DNA of 64,000 bases from Tubiluchus corallicola (Eukaryota; Animalia; Priapulida), in assembly GCA_030141605.1 (NCBI GenBank), contig JAQGDQ010000562.1, forward strand, positions 1 to 64,000, written 5' to 3'. The translations under genes were made by a program, and so were the position numbers. Below are positions 26,515 through 57,624 of the stretch, one piece after another (within the stretch, counting starts at the first letter, position 1; each line of letters begins with the position of its first letter). The notes beneath the pieces were generated by a model, which saw only the letters and a list, made by a program, of their open reading frames with translations, was not told the origin of the DNA and made no database searches.

Positions 26515-27614
26515 TGTATTTCAATGTCTAGTAGTCAGATATAGTACTTTTTGTACATCAGAAAATATGAAATAAACTGGAGTTAACTAGAATAGAATTT
26601 TTCATCATCAGAATGTATGTATAATCATAGCATGTATAAAGCATTTTATACTTTGTATCGTCACAAGTAATATGACTGCACATTATGGAATAAAGAATTA
26701 TGAAGTATAAAATATGTTTCACACTTAATGCAACAATCAAATTTAAAATAAAAATAATTTAAGTAATGTTGAGGGGAGTGTATGAGCATGTGGTAATTTA
26801 CAACTCTTCTTACTTATTAGAAGTAATAATTATATGTAATATTTGTACTTACATAAAAAGTTAGTAGACCTACAGCAGACTGAGAAGGCATAGCAATATT
26901 AACAGCAATAGAAATCTGAAACTTAGGGAGGGAAAACATAATATGTAATTAGAAATTTAAATGAGCTATAAATAATGAATTTAAATAGTTAAGAATTTGA
27001 ATTATTTGTCTATACAACATGCGGTAATAACATGCAGTTTTTAATAGCGAGTCTTTTACAGGAATTCAAAGGTTATAATTTAAATAATGATTACAAATCA
27101 TTGAATCTTCATGTTGGTTGTTGTTCTAAGCTAAGCAGCCTGTCAGGCACTCGTTACCCACATTCATTTGTTGTCATTTGCTGATAACGTTCAGGTGTGT
27201 ATTACACTGAATATGCGTTAACACTGGACACAGTGATACTTTACTCATCACTCTACTCATTTTAATTAATACCTCTGCTGTTGAGCTAGTTAGCTGTTTC
27301 TGTGACACTTGATCTTTGCAACGTTAATAATCCTGGAACAAAACTTAGTGTCGGGATGGGTGTGACTGATACCTCTGTGTATGCATCTGTGTATTTTGCA
27401 TTACATCTCCAAGGACCAATAAGGCAAAGCTAACCGTGGCCACGTGGGTCGTACTAGTTGGTAAAGAGACAAATTTGTTTATGGTTTAAGTCACTGGAAT
27501 ACTTGTGCATAATTCATGTAAGTTAATGTTATTGATGTCTTCTGTGTTTCTGCTGCTGTTTGAGAAATTATGTGAATTCTGTAATTGTATTTGAAACAAG
27601 AAAAAAGTGAAAAA

Positions 27615-27692
27615 AGTGTCTCAACCAGCATTTGAACCGGTAGCTTTCTGCTTAGAAAGCTGTTGCTTTGCCTTATGGTAGCTCTGAGCTAC
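27615..27692 (-). mobile_element. Decayed tRNA-derived sequence (SINE head or tRNA pseudogene)
   Basis: Minus strand GTAGCTCAGAG (A-box-like) ... GGTTCAAATGC (B-box-like); cloverleaf not intact. Confidence 0.4.
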
Positions 27693-30600
27693 TTATGGTA
27701 GCAGTTCTTTTTTTTCATCTGCCGCCTAGGCTTTAAGGCCTCTCTTCAATTTCTGAATAAGATACAATTTTTTTCACAATTTTCATTTTTTACTCTGAAT
27801 GGATTAAACTACATGTGTTTGCAAAATCACAAAGAACTGTTTGACTTATAATGAAATTAATTACTTTTGCAAAAGCTGATCTAATTTAATCTCATATCAG
27901 TCAGAGTTGTAGTTTGTAAATTTATTCTGCCACCCCAATAACAACAATGAAAAGTTACATTGTTACAATGAAATGTTAATGTTACATTGTTAAAAAGATT
28001 AAAATTTTTAATGCACTTGCAAAAAACAAATCAGGAAGTTGAGATTCAGTTAGAGTTTTGTAGATTTAATTATTATATCTAGTGTGATGGCTGCATTCAA
28101 CGATCAAAATTCTCCAGATGTTTACTTGAGAGATTTCAGATATCATTCAGTTTCAAGTCTATTAGGTCTTTCTCCCTCCTATGTACATATCTAGTTGCTT
28201 ACCTTAAATATTGATGATTGGAGAAAAAATAATGGTAAAATTAACTTTAGATAATAATTTTATATGTTTTTACCCTAGAGTTTATGCTGTACGTATAGAT
28301 TAAAGTGAAAATCATAACAATTTTAATTTAAAAATTTTTAAGAAATCTTGATAACTGTTATAAAGATTAATTCTAATTGATTGTTTGTTCATTTGAATAA
28401 TTGTTGCCTTTCAATATCAATTTCTTAATAAAATCTGAGTCTTATCGCATTTATATATGTAATTAGAATGTGCTCATTGTAACGCCATCTGCTCTGATCA
28501 AACCAAAGACAAAAGCACAAAACCAGAGACTCACACGAAAGCTGTCTCTCCTGAGTTGTGTAGCTTAAATTTATCGTACTGAATGTTCATCTGTACAATA
28601 TTCCCCTTTCACTGAATCATTTTGCACTTAAAAACTAGAATCGAGCAAGAGAAAAATGACTGATTTGTTGTTTGACTTCATTTCCTGTAGTTTCAGAATT
28701 TCCTTTTGTTATGCTGCTCACTGTGATGTTTTACTTAGATCAGTTGGAGGTCAACAACAAAAACTTGCGCTTTTAAATCACTAAAATGCCAGTATTTTTA
28801 ATCTCATACAAGATAGCACACTCACTTATGTGTTAAAAGAAAGAATGAAAATTTAACGAGTTTGAATTTTAAGCGATGCATATTATGATTTAGCTGATGA
28901 CCATTGATTATATTATTATATAAAACGTACAGTTGTGTAGAAGGTCAAAGACTGAGATTATCCCTGGACTTACCAGGACTTTCGTGCATGAGTACTTTAT
29001 TGTGTAGTCATTAAAAACATTTAGTGTACAAGGTTGCAAAATAATAGAATTCCGTGAATGACCCAAACCTCTTATAATGACGCCACAGTGAGACATTTGA
29101 ATATTAGTGCAGACATTACAGTTCAGGCAATTTAAAAAAACAGTGAAATCACTACAACACTTCCTAGAACATGGTTATGAAAGTCATGCAAATTTGAGAT
29201 TTATTTGCTTAAGGTTTTAGATTCAAACTAAACATTACAGAATAAAAGAATCCACAGAAAATGTTCAATTAAATAACTAGAATATAGTGAACGTGGCGTG
29301 GCTGTAACATCACTGCTATTATGCAATAATTATTGTATTAAACCATGCGTGTGAAATAAACTGTCTATGCATAAGTTCTTCTATGCCAAGCTCCACTTCT
29401 ACTAAAGCTCTGCCCACAAATAAATTTTGTTTCACTCGTCTTATATAATTGTTATCGGTGACCTCTTTTTCACTTGCGCTGTGCGTTTGAAGCAAAGATC
29501 AATTTTTAACATTTTAAATCTAAATGACTCTGCTGATGACGTTTCCTTCAACAGTTTTATTGGCAAACTGATCGCCAAAGATGTGGACAAACCCAGGGGA
29601 AAATGGATTGGTGGACATTGTAACGTAACGTCTACACGTATCAAGTAATTACTAACCTGTAGTGATCTTGCACCTTAATCACGTGTGTGTCTTATCTATC
29701 TTAAGTACGTACACATATGGGTCTATAGTTTTTAATTTAAAGCTGTAAGTTTTTCTTCTTACCGATACCGAGGCCTGAAATGTCAATTATTCATAGAATA
29801 AACATTAATAACAGGATGCATAAGTTTGCTGATAAAATCATGTGACATGCCTATTAATTTCTTTGCCTTGAGAATGCCACAATCAACCATGTCAGTAGCA
29901 ACATATTACGTCCAGCGGGTTAGTGACATTAAGGTGACTGCATGTGGTACTAAAATATGTAATTTGAGGATTGACGTTACTGTATAAACTAGTTAAAGTC
30001 TATGATGACAAAATTAATTTGCAGTACGTTTTTAACACAAAACATTTTTGAGTTAATTAGTCAGTCGGTCAGAAAAAACCGAATCCCTTCACCGTGTCAA
30101 AGCATACTTAACTGTCTATTCAGTTCAACAGTCTCAACAGAGAAAATGAAAATGGACGTTGCTTAAAAGCTAAAAGCATTGTACGTAGAGAAAAAGGGCA
30201 ATAGTGTTACTGTGGTAGTTAATAATACTGCATGTGGTTGTATTAGCCGCTTGGTCACTCGTTGTAACGAGATATTATATTGATATGCTTGACCTGTGGA
30301 GATTTTCATGCAATAATCTGATTACCCTATGATACATGAAACTTGCTCAAACGTTACTGTTCAACTGGACGTATTTCCTCTGTGCTTACATTTAAAATGA
30401 GAGAAAGTGGGACAGCGTTATTAAACACAGTCGTATGAACTAATAATAAAAGTAAAAGTATGTAACGCACACTAAATATGGCGCTGGTGTTATGTTTTGA
30501 TGCGAGGAGAATTTAACTGATTTAACTGAGCAATCACTGCCTGCTTAGCAACAGAAAATAAGCAGCATTGAGCTTGGTCAGTACATTGACGGATGACCTC

Positions 30601-31381
30601 CAGGGAAAACGCTTCTGTGCCCTTTCAGTGATTTCAGTCGGCAGTTAGCTTGATAAAATCTTGTCTGTACGCGACTGTTGTCTGGCATAAGTAAGTCCTT
30701 GTGGCTTCTGTTTGTAAGTTTTAACGTAACTTGTAAATAATGGACTAATTTAGTTGAGTTGTGATGGATTTTTGAAACAAAAACAGTACGGAACAAAAGG
30801 AATAGAGCAGACAACATAGAAGAGAATATAATAGAACAGAATAAAGATAGCAGAAGAGCAGGGGATAGTAATTAGTAATCATAGCAATAACTGTATTGTA
30901 TACATTAAAAATTCTAGTGTGCACAGCTAGTCTTTTGTTATCGCTCTGCATCTAAATAAAGGAAGCTTAATTATATCAATAAAATAAAAGTGTCTTTTTT
31001 TCTATGTTCCACATAAAACTGACCTCTATTGTGACCTGATAAAGCTTACAGGCGTGTAAGAGTTCACCCTAGAAACCTTGTTACGCATTTTTGGATAATA
31101 ATCTTAGATTTCTATCATCACAACGGGATACTGAGATTCGTAGCAACTTCAGAGATGAAAAAGCTCTGTAGTTTAAAACCAAAACATTCGCGGTCCAGTT
31201 TTGGTTGCCATTCATTTGTTTGTTCAGAATTCCGTGGACACTGAGTTGATGTGGTGTTTGTTTCTGGTGTTTACACGCGTGTAATAGCGTTGATTTGTAA
31301 TTCGTGATAATAATTGTTACATACTAAGACACTACAGTTCGTTCCATAAGAGAAAAGACTGAATTTTAGGAAGAAAGAACG

Positions 31382-34300
31382 ATGAAATTAGAACTCGTTG
31401 CATGTCTAACGTGCTTGTTGGTAAGATTTTTAATAAATTTTTAACAGCGTTTGTTTTATTTCACCAATTTCTTTTCGGAAGCTTAAATGATATAAAAATC
31501 ATTAATCGAAGAATTTTAAAAAAGACAAAAGTCTTTTTTGTCAGTTCATTGTGAACTTAATGATTTTTATAAGAAAATCATGGGAAATGTTTACTGATGT
31601 CATGGTATTTGTTTCTTCGTAAAAACTTAGAATGCGCGTTGTTGGGGCAGATCCGTTCATTCATTAGAATAAAAGAAACCTCAACAATGTGTAGGGCAGA
31701 TTCATTTTACAGGTAGTTTTGGAAAAGTGACATACCGGGCTCCGCACATGGCTATATGTCCCGGGCACCATATCTTAGGGTCCGAACATTGGCATATTAG
31801 TATCTTGTAAAATTTCAGTTTCCTACGTTGAGAACTATGGCCTATAGTAGCTTTCAAAGGAATGTAGGTAAAATGACACAACTTTATAAGTAGGTAAAAA
31901 TGGGACAGGAAAAAATAAAATACATGTTTAAGGTTAGGATTACAGTGGGGGATAATCATTTTAATTATTTTTCCCTTTGCCAGGGAAGTTATGCTTCAAC
32001 GCAGTTTGGATAGTTGGTTGGTTGTTTTTATGTGTAGCCTTATAAGCTAACTAGGTATGTAAATACGTATATATGTCAGTCTATTAGCATCGTCAAAATT
32101 AATTGTTAAAGAAAGGCAGATAAACACTATGTGGAATATTCGTGCATTATAGATTATAATTGTTCTTAATGAACAATGGTGAGTCTTTGCTACATAATAC
32201 CAATATAATACAGGTACATTTTTGTATGTTTGCTTGTTTTACGTTACTTAATCAAAAGAATCAGGCGAATTAGTGTAGGATTGTTCGGATTTGGCAGAGA
32301 TCTGCTTCATACTGAGCGCATTCTAGTTTTATTATAGAAATCAATCGCATCAAAATAATACTAATTTTGTTCCATTTTTTTCCTGTGCATTTTTACCTAG
32401 TTTTCCATCTGTGCCATTTTACCTACTCTTCCATTGTGCTATTTTTTATGTGCCATTTTACCTACTCTTCCATTGTGCATTATTTTCTTACATCTGTGCC
32501 ATTTTACCTACTCTTCCATTTGTGCTATTTTTTCCTACTCTTCCATTTGTGCCATTCTTTTCATGTGGCATTTTATCTACTTTTCCATTTGTGCCATTCT
32601 TTTCATGTGGCATTTTATCTACTTTTCTATTTGTGCCATTTTTACCTACGCTTCCGTCTGTGCCATTTTATCTACTCTACCATTTGTGCTATTTTTTATG
32701 TGCCATTTTTCCTGCGCCATTTTTACCCGTGCCATTTTTTCATGTGCTATTTTTATCGTGCCATTTTTCCCGTGCAATTTTTACTGCACCCATTTCAAAG
32801 ATAAATATGACAACAACAACAACAACAACAACATGACCAAGCATTATAGCTAACCAAAAATTGGAAGCGATCACGTAAACGGCACAGGTGAATTTACCTG
32901 GCGTGATGAAATGTTTGGTACTTACAGTAGAGTATGTTAAGAACTCTACAACCTGCTGACATTGAATGTCAAAAATAAAGTACCAAAGTGACCCTTGCCT
33001 TCAACATTACGCACTGGAGGTTGTCACTGTTTTCTCTTTACCACTTAGCTTGGTTGAGGAATAATGTTTGGTAGATTAATAGCCAAGTGGATATGTGTAC
33101 ATGCATGCTCTGTATGACTAACTCGTGACTGCACGGGTTCGATATTCACTCTAGGAAATTTCATTCGGCATACTAATCCTGGCTGTTTACCTTGTAGAGG
33201 ACGAATGTATACGTGTTAGAGCGTGGCCAGCATGCCCCTGTTGGTTCGCTGGCTCATCTTAGAGCGATCATTGATAATGAACTAGGTTCTAATCACCAAA
33301 AAGATCATGTTGGGAAAGGCATTGAATTAACAGAGAAAAGAAACGTAATGCTCTTTATAATCTCAAATATTTGTTCAGTAGCTTTCGCCCTAGCGGACCT
33401 CATCAGCTGAATAGAATAGCGGGCCTCAGTAGCCTTAAGAGTCAACCACTCACACTCAAGCTAACAGCACTTTCTATTCAGCTGATGAGACCCATAGACA
33501 TAGACATAGACATTTTTATTCATCTCCTCATTTACACCATAGTATACAAATTCACTATTATTTTTATAGTTATTGATTAAAAAGGATAAATTAAACATAA
33601 AGGAAAGAGTTAGGGGGTGCAGGAGAAAGGGTAGCGAAAGACCAATTGGTCATCGAGTCAGCTACCCTTGACTCAGACCCGCTAGGGTAAAAGCTACTGT
33701 ATAAATATTATAATCTTTGAAACTATAAAGGACATTGCGTTTCTTTTGTCTGTTAATGATGACAAGTCTCAAGATAGCTCTCTCGTATTTCAAAGCCATT
33801 GAATGCTGAACTCAGATTTGAAGTGGAATTCAAAGTGTACTGAAAATAATAATAATTCAGTGACACTTAATGCTGTTCCAAAGATATAACAGACACAAAT
33901 ATGGCCAATTCAAAAAAAGGTCAAGTGGTCAAGTAGATGGCTGAACCGACGGCTATCTAGAAATTGTCGTACAACTTATCACAAACATCTGATTAAGATT
34001 GTCTTCGTTTTTATCTGATCTTCATTTTGTTTCATAGATTCTTGTGTTTGTTCAGAGGTGTACTTCAGATAGTTACCACCATGAGAGAGTATCTGTACCT
34101 TTCTCATCAGATCACACTATAACACAAGCACAACTCATTCAACAATACAGGTAAGGTTGGCAGGTCAACAATACAGGTGAGGCTAGTAGGTCAAAAGGGG
34201 ATTAAAAATGTGGATTAGCATAGCAGCAGATTTCTGGTAAAAACGCAAAGTTTGCGTGCTGTGTTATATTCAGATTTTTTGTTGTTATGATTATAGTTTG

Positions 34301-35552
34301 GTATTATTTCAAACCTTGATACAGATGTCATTGAAAGGCTTCTTAATTATCAGATGTTAAACCAGCGAAAGTATATACATCCTTCATAACAAGATAGATT
34401 AAAAAACAGTCTTACTCAGAAACTTTTTCTAGCAGTCAACCATCTATTTTAATGGTACATCTAGTATTGCTTAATCACAGCTGAGCTTACACCAAACCGC
34501 TTACCTCTCAGCCGTTTCCTTTTTTCATGCACTCAAAACAGTTGTCTTATAAATGCTCTTCTGGCATTGGTAAACATAATTTACAATTTTTTCTCCTTAT
34601 GTTGTAAGTTTTATATGTATTGCAATTACACGTGTTAACTACTCTATAATAATGGCGTTCAAAAAGTGTAGTACTATAGTTGTCTGAAAACTGATCAGTT
34701 AGTACCTCTAGTTCGAAATAAAGTAACGGCTAGATCTACATTATATTAATAAGCTTAACTCACTGTATATTATTATATTCACTGCCATGATCAGGTGAGC
34801 CATTTGTGTCTTAATGCACATTTCCATTAAAACTTTGTGGGCCTGAATGTCTAAAAAGACGTAACCGTAAAAACGGAAACAGCAGCAAACTACCTTGCAG
34901 GGATTAATGGGAGAAACAAATAATTCCTTTACGTAAATTAACTGGAAGTTCATTTCCAGAAGAGCAAAAACCGAACTTCATAGTCTCGTTAAAAATAATC
35001 TGCTGTCCACTATGCCTTCTTTTGTAGCTCACAGCCATGTTAGCTGAAATAGCACTGAGAAGAACTTAACTTAACTCTTTCTGATAAATGATATTTTACA
35101 GGTCCAGATTAAATCAGCTAGCAGCAAGCAATATGAACCTGGACCTTAGTGAACTGCTGGCATGGCTTAATCCTACAGTTCTAGCATTGTCACAACAGTA
35201 CAGGAAAAATGAATACAAATACGCTTCGAAAGGGCTAACTCCACATGGATCTGTAGGTGGAATTGCTGGGCGACACCTGGGTTCTCTGGGTGGTGGACAT
35301 CTCGGTGGTTACAGTAATTACGGTCATGGCGTCCACCAGGGTGGCAGACATGGAGGCAGATATGGTCATCATCAAGGTTATGGTCATCGTCAAAGTTATG
35401 GTCATGGAAACGGTGGTTATGGCAGACCACATGGTTACAGTCATGGAGGAGGAATGGGTTATCGTGGTGGAGCTCACAACCGACCTATTCATATTTACAT
35501 TCACGCCCCAGGCCCCTATCCTAAACAAAGACATTATAACCGTCTTCATTAA
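31382..35552 (+). CDS. Predicted secreted Gly/His/Tyr-rich protein, 200 aa, family not recognised
   Basis: Exons 31382-31420 (MKLELVACLTCLL|GTAAGA), 34038-34150 (CATAG|ILVFVQRCTSDSYHH...QQY AG|GTAAGG) and 35102-35552 (TACAG|...RLH TAA) join in frame (603 nt). Exons 1 and 2 together form a signal peptide; the C-terminal half has YGH/GGH repeats. Confidence 0.8.
32365..32792. repeat. Degenerate ~26-28-bp tandem array (probable transposon subterminal repeats)
   Basis: TGTGCCATTTTACCTACTCTTCCATT variants; inverted relatives (GTAGGTAAAATGACACA) at ~31864-31915. Confidence 0.8.
33070..33350 (+). mobile_element. Decayed tRNA-derived SINE
   Basis: A-box TAGCCAAGTGG (33080-33090), B-box-like GGTTCGATATT (33136-33146), followed by a GC-richer body. 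Confidence 0.55.
33374..33411 (-). ncRNA. Minimal type I hammerhead ribozyme (Penelope/retrozyme-type)
   Basis: Minus strand reads TTCAG-CTGATGA-G GTCC GCTA GGGC-GAAA-GC-TA-CTGAA: 5-bp stem I, intact CUGAUGA and GAAA core, stem II hairpin with one extra G, palindromic AGCU stem III, UA cleavage site. Confidence 0.8.
33477..33701 (+). pseudogene. Second hammerhead ribozyme copy, split by an insertion and mutated
   Basis: TTCAG-CTGATGA-GACCC (33477-33493) [insert] GCTA-GGGT-AAAA-GCTA-CTGTA (33681-33701); the downstream AAATATT is shared with the minus-strand copy. Confidence 0.75.
33494..33674 (-). mobile_element. 181-bp LINE 3'-tail insertion (L2/CR1-group-like)
   Basis: TSD AGACCC (33488-33493, 33675-33680). 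Minus strand has the hairpin AGGGTAGC..TGACTCGATGACCAATTGGTCTTTC..GCTACCCT (similar to ~9957), AATAAA and a (GTCTAT)3 tail. Confidence 0.8.
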
Positions 35553-38292
35553 TAGCTTAACAGATTTACACGCCAGCAGACTGTATGTTACAATAGCAGT
35601 TTTGTGGTCACCGGAAGCTTCTGGCACACGTCCAAGTCATGTTGGAACAACTGTCAACAAACTTCAGCATACAGTTTTTTGTATTCCCGCAATTTACGCC
35701 CTTGTTTGCCAAAAGTATTATTGTAATGTTCTTTGTAAAAAAAGCATAAAACTCAATTGGAAGACCGTTGGATGGACATTGAAAATTTGGAATTAGACGA
35801 CTACAATTGTAAGTAGTTGGACTCATGTCAAATCCCAACAACCCTATAGTAAATAGCTTGTGTTTCAAATTAATATTGTAGTTTTTATATCCATATCATG
35901 AAATTTTGTCGTGTATGATTTTGTGACACCTATTTATTGATGCAGTTCATGTAAACAATATTTACTTTGGCTATACAAACTGTTAATATTCACATATTTA
36001 TAGCGTTCATTGTTCATGCTTCATTGTTTACTGAAAATGTAAAGTCACTTTCATTGCCTTGGTTATTTGCAAATTTTGACTAAAACTTCTGTTATTTTTT
36101 GGCTGGGTATTCATTCTGACAAAGGGCTAATTACAAGGCATGTCTGCTGGTTTCACATGGATAGTGGCCTTCTATGGATCATAAAGTCATTTCCATCTGA
36201 CAGAAAAAATCAATACTAGAAGGAGCAGAATCTGATATTGTCCAGTTCTAGGTTTGATCCCTAAACCTTTGAGTTCTAGTCGTTCATTTGTCAACCATCA
36301 TCCAAGGTTTTCACAGCAAGAGAATTAAGTCTGTTGTAAGATTTTATCTGGCAAGAATAAAGAGACAAACTAGGACTAATATTTATAATGTTACTTTAAT
36401 AAATGTAGATATCTGTGTTGTAAAACCCATGGCAGAAGATATTTTCTTGGAACAGGAGAATAAAATAATAAAAACATAGAACAAGCTATTGCAGAACCCT
36501 GAAGAACACCAGCACTGATTTCATGCACAGAAAACAATTCCTAAACAAGTTCCAGTTCGTGACTGTTGAGGTATGACAATACAATACAACTGATAGAATG
36601 CTGCCATCTACGTTTATGATTGAAGTTTGTATAGTACACCTTTGTGAAAGCATTGGATATGTCAAGAGCTAATAATCTAGCATCACCTATGCCTTGTAAA
36701 TATGCTTGGTGATTAATGACAGCACATAATCAATGGACAGCAATGTCATTTGTCAAAGTGTAATGAAAGCTTATTTACCAAGGCCTACACAGATTTTACT
36801 AATGTTTTGCAGCAGACTAACAACGCAGTAATTATTTGAATCTGATTTTTCACAGGTGTGTTTATATTATATAGCTCTTTATATGTAAGTACGTGCTTAA
36901 TTATCTATGTAGCATAAGTTGGCCAAGTAATGGTTGGGTAGTTTGGCCAGAACACTAGACAGTTCCTAAGTTTTAACACAAATGTCGAAAATCCAGCATC
37001 TCCACATGCAGTCTTCAGAATCTATTGTTGAAATGAGACATGAGCAATGTGTTATACAGACATCAGAAATTAAAAAATCGGTTTGAGATGGAAATAATGG
37101 AAGCTTCATCCTTGATATTAGTTTTTGCTACAGTTTGGCAGGCAGTTCAGCTTTGTCAAGTGAGGAGGCATGATCCCTGAATCCAGGGTACAAAGAGGGT
37201 ATAGTATATTTTAACAGTGGCATACTTTATGGTTGCAAAGCAGATGTCAAATGAACTACACAAAAAAAGCCTATGGAAACTGATGTATTAGAACAAGTTA
37301 TGAATTGTGCTTGTTTGTGTAACCAGGATATTTTTCACATTAGTTTTGGCTTTTCTAGTAGGCGGATAAAGTGATTACTATACTACCAAGTTAATATCAA
37401 CATAAATTCTTGAACGTTTCTAATTCTAACATAAAAACTATTACTGTAGACATAGAAAACATTGTTGCTTATAGACAAGCAGAAAGCACCTGGTGCTCAA
37501 GATCAGGCAGAAACAAGTGGCACATTGATGACAAGAAGCAGCATTTTAGTATCTGAATTTTATTACCTCACCTTACAACAATTTAAAAAATAACAACATG
37601 CATATTTAGAATCAGTTGCAGAATTTTTGTCAAATTATCAAAACCAACATAAAATATTACAGGAGTTACCAAAATCATCATATTTCATACACTACTTGTA
37701 TAAAAAGTGCAGAGAAATATTATTAACAAGCTTTTAGTATTTTATAGCTAACAATAGTGTGCAAAATTTTGTTAGGCTATAAATTTTGACTCAGTGTCTT
37801 GCTATATTAATGTTGTTAAGTAATAGGTAGATGTTCTGCTTCAGTGTCTCTACAGATACAATGATTTGTTTAAACATGTCAGGCAAGTGCAGTGAACAGA
37901 CACAAAAAACCATCCAAGAAATCTTCACTATGCAGAATATAAAAATTTAAAGAAAGTTGTTGACATGTAGGTAACATAAGTTCTACTTAGTTTTATTATA
38001 TTGACAAAAGCCTTACCATAAAAGAATGCTTAGCTACATTTTGAAAATTACCTAGAAAACACTAGTAATAACATCTTATGCTATTCCTTACTCTTTTACT
38101 ATTAAACTAATACTCAACATCATTAAGTGATTTTTAGCAATCAGGTAACGATGGTTTAAAATTACAATAACACAAATTGCAATCACAATAATAATTTATC
38201 ACAGATTTGCATAATTAATCAAAGAAGACATTAACAGATTACCATATTTTGTGTTATTGCTGCACTTACGTCGTAGTACCAACCTGTCCAGG

Positions 38293-57624
<19,332 letters not shown>

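Noticed and set aside
35173-35796. Alternative-frame and antisense ORFs over the Gly/His exon
   Set aside because: Shadow frames of GGT/CAT/TAT codon repeats; only one frame joins the signal-peptide exons.
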